A stretch of 64,000 nucleotides of DNA from Octopus vulgaris. Lineage: Eukaryota. Position 1 is the first letter of the stretch. Each line of letters opens with the position of its first letter. The DNA is taken from contig OX597821.1 of NCBI GenBank assembly GCA_951406725.2, forward strand, positions 7,378,001 through 7,442,000, read 5' to 3'. This document shows positions 54,058 to 64,000 of the stretch, piece by piece. The notes beneath the pieces were generated by a model. That model was given only the letters and a program-made list of their open reading frames with translations. It made no database searches and had not been told where the DNA came from. Position numbers and translations under genes: made by a program.

Positions 54058-54361
54058 TACACACATGTAGTGTGCAGGTATGGCTTTGTGGTTAAGAAGT
54101 TTGTATTTTGTTTCAATGTATAGCATCTTCGCTCCTTGGGTATGTGTCTTTTACCATAACCCTGGGCTGACCAATAATCTTGTAAGTGAATTTTGAAGAT
54201 GGAAACTGTAGGAAGCCTATCATGTGTCTATGTGTATCCGTATTGTGTATGTGTGTGGATGTTGATATTCCACACTTGTCATTCAAACAAAACAGTAATG
54301 CTGTTGATATTCCTTCTTGACATTATGACTGGTTGCTCTGTACTTTTTAGGACTTCTAGAA

Positions 54362-54763
54362 TACTCTTTACTCTTTTACTTGTTTCAGTCATTTGACTGT
54401 GGCCATGCTGGAGCACCGCCTTTAATCGAGCAACTCGACCCCGGGACTTATTGTTTTGTAAGCCCAGTACTTATTCTATCAGTCTCTTTTGCCGAACCGC
54501 TAAGTAACAGAGACATAAACACACCAGCATCGGTTGTCAAGCAATGTTGTGGGGCACAAACACAGACACGCATATATATATATATATATATACATATATA
54601 TGTCGGGCTTCTTTCAGTTTCCATCTGCCAAATCCACTCACAAGGCTTTGGTCGGCCCAAGGCTATAGTAGAAGACACTTGCCCAAGGTGCCACGCAGTG
54701 GGACTGAACCCGGAACCATGTGGTTGGTAAACAAGCTACTTACCACACAGCCACTCCTGCGCC
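54362..54763 (-). mobile_element. Family A SINE, full length
   Basis: Matches consensus. Confidence 0.9.
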
Positions 54764-55099
54764 TGGAAATTTTTTATTTGAGAAAGAGACAAGGCTTGGC
54801 CACAGGAAGAGCATCCTGCTGTAAAATGCTACATCAAAATAACTCCCTGCCCAGCATCTGCTAGTGTGCCGAAGCAGACATTATACAAATGAATAAACAA
54901 ATGTGTGTGTTATGGAGAGAGAGAGAGAGAGAGAGTATTTCATGGGTATATAGTGTTAAATGTATGACTGCTTGGGTGAAATTGAAGCTCCACATAAAGT
55001 TTCATCATCCAGGCTACATCTTGCAAAGTGGATTTGCTTCTACTGGACATAATATTGAATGTTATGATATATATATATAGAGCAAGTATATTGTGGTGT

Positions 55100-55820
55100 C
55101 AGGATTAAATGCACCAAATACACTCTGTGAAGTAGTTGGTAAATGGAGACGAAGCAACTTTAAGTAGACCACTTTTGTTTTGTGAAACACATAATGACCT
55201 ATCTAATATTGGTGCCATGATAAATTACATGTGGCACACTCTGTAAAGTGATGGATAATGGATACGGTATCCAGCCCCGTCAAAGCCATGCCAAAAACAG
55301 TATATAGGTATATGATAGGGTCTCCCAGGTGATGTAGGAGAGCACTTCGAATGAGAAGTGACTTGGACCAACGTTGTCCGACCTGCCCCGACATGGGCTG
55401 CAAAACCACAAGAATGGGTTTCTTGATGATGATTTGGTGAGAAACTAAACTCAATCCATTTCAGTGTACAATATTTTGATATGATGATACACATGATAAA
55501 ATGATATTGCCATGATCGCATTGGTGCACCTAGTACACTCTATAAATTGGTTGATGTTAGGTAGGGCACCTAACTATAGAAAGCAAGTCAGAAATAGAAT
55601 GTAGGAGTGTGACAGAGTCTCCCAGATGATGTAGATGATCAGTAACTCCAAATAAGAAACGACTTGAAACAACATTTTGATCCAACTCTTAGTAGCACAG
55701 AAAGCAGAACTATAATGATGCTCATCATAATAATGATGGTTGTGATTTAGTGAGAAATTAAAGGAAGTCCATGTACAAAATCTTTGCACTTGTACAAGAT
55801 TTTGATATGATGGTGCAGAT
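55100..55820 (+). repeat. Two to three diverged direct repeats of about 300 bp related to the family E head
   Basis: ACACTCTGTAAAGTG...GTCTCCCAG.TGATGTAG...GTGAGAAA.TAAA...TTTTGATATGATG recurs at about 55235-55490 and 55535-55812. Confidence 0.6.
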
Positions 55821-56925
55821 GACACTAGCCAAAGGTGTCACTCAGTATGACTGAAATCTGAAGAATCTAATTGTGGAGTAAATGTCAAAAGCATATGATT
55901 ATGCCAGTACCCATAAGAGTTGCCGAATTGTCGTCAAAGGGAGATATGTGCTTGAGATGTGTGAATGTAAATGACTCTGAAATGAGAGAAAAACCTCTTC
56001 ACTCCAGGCCATGTAACATTGTTTAAGACTTTAGCAACTCTCTGATAGACATATCCATAATTAGTATAGCTGTAATTAACATCTGTAACTACTTTAACAA
56101 ATTCATTTCTACTAACGGTAGCTTTCAAAGTGTTCTCTCCCTGCGCACACATGCACATACAAGCACACACAGACTCACATGCTTTTATACACACACACAC
56201 ACACATGAGCACCCACATACATACACATCGTAAGAGCTGCACACATGTTCGTAATGACTGTATCATTGGGAACATACTTATATTACATTTCAGCTTCAAG
56301 TGTATTCATCATAATACCAGACAAAGAGATGTAATTGAATTAGCCGTTAACTGGAATTGATCTTCCCCCCTCTCTCTCTCTTTCTGTATGTGTGTGTCTC
56401 TCTCTCACTCCCCTTTATTCTCACCCCTCCTCATCCCCACTCACTTGTATTGTCATTTTTCTTTTTACATTTCTGTTTTAAGGACATTACACAATTGTCA
56501 AATGTATACAGCACCAAAATGTAAAAGAAAAAGGACAAAGAATGCATTTATCATCTGCTGAAATTCCTCTCAACCTTCTCTACCCCCCCCACCTTCCCCA
56601 TCGTGTATTTTAAAAGTGCTCCAGGTTACAAAAATGTATGAAGATGAACTCAGAGCCGAACAGATGTACAAAATATACTCTACAATTAGGCCGATGTAAT
56701 GTAAATTTTTTTGTTATTTAAAGTTTTATGGTGTGTGTTATATTGTTTTGTAAAGTGCTTCTTGAGTCGAAGGCAGCAGCGAATTGTCAGTCATTAGAGT
56801 GCTGGATAGGATGCCTTCTGGTATTTATCTGACATAGTGAGCTCTGAGTTCAAATCTCACCAAGGCCAATTTTTGCCTTTCATCCTTTCCCTGTCAGTCT
56901 CAGCACTTCCTTGGTTGATTCTATG

Positions 56926-57393
56926 TCATAATTATTTGGTTAATTCTAATCATAATTATTTGGTTAATTCTAGTCATAATTATTTGGTTAATACTAGTCA
57001 TAATTATTTGGTTAATACTAGTCATAATTATTTGGTTAATTCTAGTCATAATTATTTGGTTAATTCTAGTCATAATTATTTGGTTAATTCTAGTCATAAT
57101 TATTTGGTTAATACTAGTCATAATTATTTGGTTAATTCTAGTCATAATTATTTGGTTAATACTAGTCATAATTATTTGGTTAATTCTAGTCGTAATTATT
57201 TGGTTAATTCTAGTCGTAATTATTTGGTTAATACTAGTCATAATTATTTGGTTAATTCTAGTCATAATTATTTGGTTAATTCTAGTCATAATTATTTGGT
57301 TAATTCTAGTCATAATTATTTCGTTGATTCTAGTCATAATTATTTCGTTGATTCTATGTCTTAATTATTTGGTCAATCCTGTCGTAATTATTT
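56926..57393. repeat. 24-bp minisatellite, about 19 copies
   Basis: Unit CATAATTATTTGGTTAAT(T/A)CTAGT; follows a family B SINE head at about 56770-56890. Confidence 0.97.
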
Positions 57394-57657
57394 GACAGAA
57401 ACTACCACGTGTGTGTCTTTCTGTTTGTTCTCTGTCAGCCCTACCCAACTGCTTGGCAACTAATGTTGGTTTGTTTACATCTCCACAATGTAGTGGTTCA
57501 GCAAAGGAGACTGATAGAATAAGTATCAGACTTAAGAAAGAAAAAACTATGTATTGGACTGAATTTGACTAAATCCTTGGATATGGTGCCCCAGCATGGC
57601 CACAGTCCATTGACTGAAACAAGTAAAGCAATAAGAAATAAAAAAAACAAAAAACGA

Positions 57658-58062
57658 AGGTGCAGGAGTGGCTGTGTGGTAAGTAGCTTGCTTACGAACC
57701 ACATGGCTCCAGGTTCAGTCCCACTGCGTGGCACCTTGGGCAAGTGTCTTCTACTATAGCTTTGGGCCAAACCGAAGCCTTGTGAGTGGATTTGGTAGAT
57801 GGAAACTGAAAGAAGCCAGTCGTATATATATATGTGTGTGTATGTATATGTTTGTGTGTCTATGTTTGTCCCCCTAGCATTGCTTGACAACCGATGCTGG
57901 TGTGTTTACATCCTCATCACTTAGCAGTTCGGCAAGAGAGACCGATAGAATAAGTGCTAGGTTTACAAAGAATAAGTCCTGGAGTCACTCTGCTCGACTA
58001 AAGGCGGTGCTCCAGCATGGCCACAGTCAAAATGACTGAAACAAGTAAAAGAGTAAAAGAAT
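57658..58062 (+). mobile_element. Family A SINE, full length
   Basis: Matches consensus. Confidence 0.9.
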
Positions 58063-59210
58063 AAAAGAAGGGAAAAGCTATTACGTGTTGTCCTTTGTAC
58101 TTATTTCTGGTTTTCCACCATCGTTTACCTAGGTTGCAAGATAACCATGTATATTTGTGCTGCTTGTCTCTTTCATGCATATCGTACAGTTCCATGGAGC
58201 TGCAATACATTCAGCAACGAACCATTTTGATGAAGTAAATTCTGTTGGAGGGAAGAGAGATAGCAATCTTGTTGCTAAGATCTGCACTGTTATTGAATAG
58301 ACATTGCTGCTACACGGTGGTGGAAGCAACACCACCAGGCTATGTACACCTTCTGTTCATGTTATTTCTGCTTCTTAATAAACTATTTCTTGTAATTATA
58401 TTTGCTCAGCAGTCCAATCTCACAATTCAATTTTCGTTTTAGTTTCTGGTAACCTTTATCTCTGTCTATCTATTTGTGTCTCTCTCTCTCTCTCTCTCTT
58501 ACAACAATGTTTCCTAGAAAGAAAAGGAGAGATAAAAAAATCCAAACAAAAAAGCAAGGAAAAGGCTCCTAGAAGATGAAGAGAGGAGAGAAAGAAATAA
58601 TAGGAAAAGCAAAAAAAAAAGTAATAATAAATAAAAAAAAAACAAGAAAAAGAAGAAAAAACCCCCAAAACAAACCAAAATTTCATCCAGCCTATGAATA
58701 CAGTGTTCATTCGAGTTGCAAGTAACTCATTCCTTTTTAATTAATTATATTCAAAGGAATATCTTTCTCACAGAAATATTCTTCAATATTGTAGCAAGCC
58801 AAAAATTCTTGAAGAAATCATATTCTTGGTTTTCGAAGACCAACTCTGTTTAGTTACCAATTTCACTTTTATTAGAATCATTGAAGACATGTTTTTGTTG
58901 GGGTTTTTTTTTTTATTATGTTGTTATTGATGGTGGTGTCGGTAGTGGTGGATCTTTGACATTTTTTTTCTATTAAAATTTAAATAATTCCACTGAATAT
59001 GATAATGCTTTCATCATCATGATCATGACCATCATCAACATCATTTGATGATGATAGTAATGATGATGATGCTGAGTGGTGGTGACGATAACCACCATAA
59101 TGGCACTGGTGATGTTGATGGGGGGGGGGGCTGCAGCATTGGAGATGGTGGTGGTGGTGAAACGTTTGATTTCTGTTGCATCATAACTACTTGGGTGTTT
59201 TTTCTAACTC

Positions 59211-59571
59211 CTTACTCTCTCTTTTACTCTTTTACTTGTTTCAGTAATTTTGACTGTGGCTATGCTGGAGCACTGTCTTTAGTCGAGCAAATTGAACCCA
59301 GGACTTATTCTTTGTAAGCCTAGTACTTATTCTGTCGTTCTCTTTTGCCAAACCGCTAAGTTACACGAACATAAACACACTAACATTGGTTGTCAAGCAA
59401 TGGTGGGGTAACAAACATATACATATATATGACAGGCTTCTTTCAGTTTCCGTCTACCAAATCCACTCACAAGGCTTTGGTCGGCTCGAGGCTATAGTAG
59501 AAGACACTTGCCCAAGGTGCCATGCAGTGGGACTGAATTCAGAACTATGTGGTTGGTAAGCAAGCTACTTA
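59211..59571 (-). mobile_element. Family A SINE, 5'-clipped and joined to a family B tail (59590-59675)
   Basis: Matches consensus up to AAGCTACTTAC. Confidence 0.85.
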
Positions 59572-60075
59572 CGGAGACGTAAACACACCAGCATCGATAT
59601 AATCGACTTAATCCGTTTATCTGTCCTTGTTTGTCCTCTCTGTGTTTAGCCCCTTGTGAGTAGTAAAGAAATAGGTATAGCTAGACACGAGCACAGCCGT
59701 GTGGCTAAGAATGTTCTGTCCCACTGCACAGCACCTTGAACATGTGTTTTCTGCCATAGTCCAGGCCAACCAATACCTTGGGAGTGAATATGATAGATAG
59801 AAACTGTGTGGAAGCCTGTTGAATATAAAAAAAAAGTGCTGGGGTCAATTCTTTTGGTTAAAATTCCTTGAATATTGTGCCCCAGCATGGCTGTAGTCTA
59901 ATGACTGAAACAGAGATAAAAAGATGTGTGTGTCTGTCTGTCTGTTTGTCTGTCTATGTGTGTGTGTGTGTGGAGGAGGGGTACATATGCATACAGTTTT
60001 CTTCAATGACATAATTGTCTTTTTTTCTTCTAAACTATTTAGTTAATCTACACACTGAACACCTTTCATGCTTTT

Positions 60076-60112
<37 letters not shown>

Positions 60113-61770
60113 TCCAGCTTTCATTCCTGGCTTCTACACTCCCCCACCCTGGCAATACCCTTCCTCCTCTTCCCTCCACCCACTCCTGTTCCATCATATC
60201 ATAAATAAACTTGCCTACTATACATTCTCCTTAACATGAAAACTCGTTTGTTTATCACCAAATCATCATTTATTTCTAGAGGGATGATAGGGTACCTAAG
60301 CAGTTTGCTTTAGTGTTTTTATTTTGTTATTCTTCTTGATTTTGTTGATACTATTTCTTTCATTTTTGTTGTTTTTATTATATTTTGTTGTCATTTTTGT
60401 TGGGGGTGTCTTTTTTTTCTCTTTCCAGTGTGTTTCCCATCTGTTTCTCCTTATTTGCGATAGTCAGTAGAATAGGTCTGCAAATTTAGAGATTTTACGA
60501 TCTGTTTGAATATTTGAACCTTATTACAGTTGTTTCATGGCTGCGGCCATACTAGAGCACTGCTTTAAAGGGTTTTAGTCAAAGAAATCGAGCCCAGTAC
60601 TTATTCTTTGTAAGCCTAGTACTTATTTTAGCAGTTTTTTTTTTTTTTGCTGAACTGCTAAGTTACAAGCTCATAAACACACTAGCATCAGTTGTGAAGA
60701 AATAGTGGGGAGACAGACAGATACACACACAAACACATGCATGCATACATACATATATACATACATACATACATATATACATTGCCACTCATAATAAAAA
60801 GGAATACTGGTGGAATGTCCCAGTGAAGACCTTAATAAAATGCAAGCAAAACAGACATGATATAATGATTTGGGATAGAGAAGAGAAACTGTGCACAGTT
60901 GTGGAAATTAGCTGCCCAGTGGATGCTAACAAAGCTGAAGATAAGTGAAAAAGAGATGGATGCCCTTCCTAACGCCAACCACTCTGTGAGTGTAGTGGGT
61001 GCTCTTTACATGCCACCAGCACAGGGCCCAGAAGAGGCTGGCAACGGCCACAATCGGTTGATGCTTTTTACGTGCCACCAGCACGGAAGCCAGTCAAGGT
61101 GGCGCTGGCATCGGCCATGTTCAGATGGTGCTTTTTACCTGCCACCGACACGGGTATCACAACTACAATTTCCATTTGATTTTTATTTTGATGTTGATAT
61201 ACTTGACTCAATAGGTCTCCTCAAGCATAGCAGGTCACCCTACGATCTGAGGTAAGCACAGCAGGCCGTCCTATGATCCAAGGTACTTTTAATGGAGTGG
61301 GGCTGGTTATGTAAAGCTGGTGTAGGTTACAGCCATGAACTCACTTTGTTTTTTGTATATATATATATATATATATATTTAATAAGAACTGAAGGGTTCT
61401 TTTGTGTTTTTATGAGGACCATCAAGTTTCTTCTTTGAAACTGGCTTCTTATTGTCTTACTTTGTGTATTTATATGAAATTCAGAATGACAGTCAAATGA
61501 TGGAAACTTTTTTAAACCACCTGAAAATAAGACATAATTAAAATATCTAAAGTAGGTTTGATTGGTTTTAGTCTATAATCATCATCGTCATTTATCGTCC
61601 GTGTTCCATGCTAGCATGGGTGGGATGGTACAAGAGCCAGCCAGGCCGAAACCTGCACTGGACTTCTGTGACCGTTTTGGCAAGATTTTTGCAGCTGGAT
61701 GCCCTTCCTAACACCATAATATATTATAATATATGGCTATATTGTGATATTGACAACAATATATATTTAA

Positions 61771-62004
61771 GGCAGTGAGCTGGCAGAATCGTTAGCACGG
61801 CAGGTGAAATGCTTAGCGATATTTTGTCTGCCGTTACATTCTGAGTTCAAATTCCACCAAGGTTGACTTTGCCTTTCATCCTTTCAGGGTCGATAAATTA
61901 AGTACTAGTTATGCACTGGGGTCAATATAATCGACTTAATCACTTTGTCTGTCCTTGTTTGTCCCCTCTATGTTTAGCCCCTTGTGGGCAATAAAGAAAT
62001 AAGA
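61771..62004 (+). mobile_element. Family B SINE, full length, with 16-bp TSD
   Basis: TSD AACAATATATATTTAA at 61755-61770 and 62005-62020. Confidence 0.92.
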
Positions 62005-62277
62005 AACAATATATATTTAATCTGTAATATATTATATAATTACTATATATTTTTTGTATAAAACACTTGTATATCTATTCCATCCAGGATATCTTATGTA
62101 TGTCACTCTCTTCATCTAATCAGCTTTTATTTTCTGTTTCTTCAGACCTTCTTGATATTAACCCACACATGGTTGATCTGGTTTGGTGATAGAAACTTCC
62201 TGTTTTAAAATGATCTAAATTTAGACCTCACTTTCTTTGTTAATATGTCCCAGACGCCAGTTTAACAACAATGGTTA

Positions 62278-62556
62278 TCTTTATATATAAAAGTAAGGTT
62301 GTGTGTCTGTCTCCTACGATTTTTAAAAAATTTACCATCATTTTTTTCTATTTTAATGCATTTTTTTCGCTATTATATAAGGGAAGTAACTCTCTAAAAA
62401 TGTTTATGATGAGTCAACGATTTAAAAAAAAAATTACCATCATATTTTTTTCCATTTTTAATGCATTTTTTTGCTATGTTTTGGCTATAACTCTCTAAAA
62501 ATGCTTATATAGTTATTTCCCTTACAAACCCAAGCAACGCTGGGTGATACTGCTAG
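62278..62556 (+). mobile_element. Non-autonomous Helitron
   Basis: A|TCTTTATATATAAAAG 5' end; CCCAAGCAACGCTGGG hairpin then CTAG|T 3' end; no TSD; internal direct repeat GATTT..AAAAAATTTACCATCAT. Confidence 0.85.
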
Positions 62557-62675
62557 TTTTTACTAAATATTTCATAATAAAAAATAAAGGCAGTGTATTT
62601 CTATGGAAATTTGGTAATGAAAGGCTTAACTCCTTAGCATTCAGATTACTGTAAAATATATCTTTTTTTTTTCTT

Positions 62676-63055
62676 TATCTTTTACTTGTTTTAGTCATTA
62701 GACTTTGGCCATGCTGGGGCACCACCTAAAAGAATTTTTAGCTGAATAAACAAATCAACCACAGTACTCAGTTATTTTGCTAAGTCTGGTACTTATTTTA
62801 TCGGTCTCTTTTGCTAAGTTATGGGGACATAAACACACCAAGACTGGTTGTCAAGCAGTGATAGGGGACAGACACACACACACACACACACAATGGCTTT
62901 CTTTCAGTATCTACCTATCAAATCTACTCAAAAGGTTTTGGTCGGCCTGAGTCTATAGTAGAAGACAGTTGCCCGAGGTGCCATGCATTGGGAGTGAACC
63001 TGGAACCATGTGGTTGGGAAGCAAGTGTCTTACCACACAGCCACATCTGCGCCTA
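62676..63055 (-). mobile_element. Family A SINE nested in a piggyBac-like MITE (about 62626-63232)
   Basis: Host motif GTAAAATAT occurs on both sides of the SINE. Confidence 0.82.
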
Positions 63056-63235
63056 TAGTAAAATATATTGATCATTTATTCACATTGATTTGAATTAATC
63101 ATGCATTATTTTATAACTTCGAGATTTCTATGATGTAATTGTTTATTTCTAGAATGGCAATGTAGGGTAGGTGTAAGAGGTTGGATCTGATCAGTTTCAA
63201 TCTAAAGCAAAGCAGTATTTTTGGGCCAGATAATG

Positions 63236-63675
63236 GTTTCAAATTTTGGCACAAAGCCAGCAAGTTCAGGAACGGGGTTAAGTCAATTACATTGACCCTA
63301 GTACTCAACTGGTACTTATTTTATCAACCCTGAAAGGATGAAAAGTAAAGTTACCTTGGTGGAATTTGAACTCAGAATGTAAAGACAAACAAAATGCCAC
63401 TAAGCATTTTGCTTAGTATACTGATTCTGCCAGCTTGCTGCCTTAATAATAAGAAGAAGAAGAAGAAAAAGGGTTTCAAATTTTGCCACAAGGGCAGCAA
63501 TTTTGGGGAACATGATGAGCCGATTACATCTACCACAATGTTCAACTGGTACTTATTTTATTGACCCTGAAAGGATGAAAGGCAAAGTCGACTTTGGCAG
63601 AATTTGAACTCAGAAAATAAAGGTGGACGAAATGCTGCCAAGCATTTTGCTCAGCGTGCTAACGATTCTGCCTTA
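63236..63675 (-). mobile_element. Two tandem family B SINEs
   Basis: 63236-63445 and 63470-63675 match the family B reverse complement. Confidence 0.82.
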
Positions 63676-64000
63676 ATAATAATAATCCTTGCCTTCATAA
63701 TAATAATGATGATGATGATGATATTTTTTTTATAAGAAATAGTAGAAGAAAATGCACAAATGTGTTAAAAAACAAAATGTCTGAATTCTAAATTTAGCAA
63801 TGGCTGATGGTGTAAAAGTTGTTTTGTGTGTTATGAACTATTTTACATACAAATATGTCCTTCAGTGTTTTCATGGTTCACTAAATACTTCACCCCACTC
63901 CTACTACTGCTATTTCTTTCTCTCTGTAATACTTATCTCTCTTCCTCACCATCTCCTTCCCCTGTCTGTCTGCCTCTCTCTCTCCTTGTCTCTTTTTCCT

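Noticed and set aside
56837-57364. 175-aa ORF with SHNYLVNS repeats
   Set aside because: Translation of a 24-bp minisatellite starting inside a SINE; no splice or homology support.
44100-62200. Candidate acceptors for GRK exon 3 (e.g. near 44116 and 62145)
   Set aside because: Continuing from the phase-1 T gives an immediate or early stop and no QPIG..LF..FC motif.

Overview
AT-rich, repeat-dense animal genomic DNA. The SINE families and dense (TA)n/(CA)n microsatellites suggest an octopus (inference from repeat content). The only protein-coding sequence I can support is one 96-nt exon on the + strand (26880-26975, (G)[31 protein letters not shown]). It matches exon 2 of GRK4/5/6-subfamily G protein-coupled receptor kinases and is missed by the ORF track. 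The rest of the window is therefore probably very long introns 1 and 2 of that gene. These introns contain at least five tRNA-derived SINE families, CR1 and RTE LINE remnants, piggyBac-, pogo-, Tc1- and hAT-like MITEs, non-autonomous Helitron/Helentron elements, four minisatellites, and a decayed tRNA-Pro(AGG) fused to a SINE body. The most striking hidden layer is about 11 minimal type I hammerhead-ribozyme motifs (CUGANGA...GAAA, short or palindromic stem III, NUH) belonging to about eight different sequence families. They sit in short non-coding elements next to (TA)n tracts, often in inverted-repeat or foldback layouts typical of Penelope-like retroelements. One example is a near-perfect 358-bp palindrome carrying one hammerhead per strand. 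Nearly all ORFs in the supplied track are spurious translations of SINEs and microsatellites. Repeat boundaries were read by eye and are approximate unless TSD or TIR coordinates are given.
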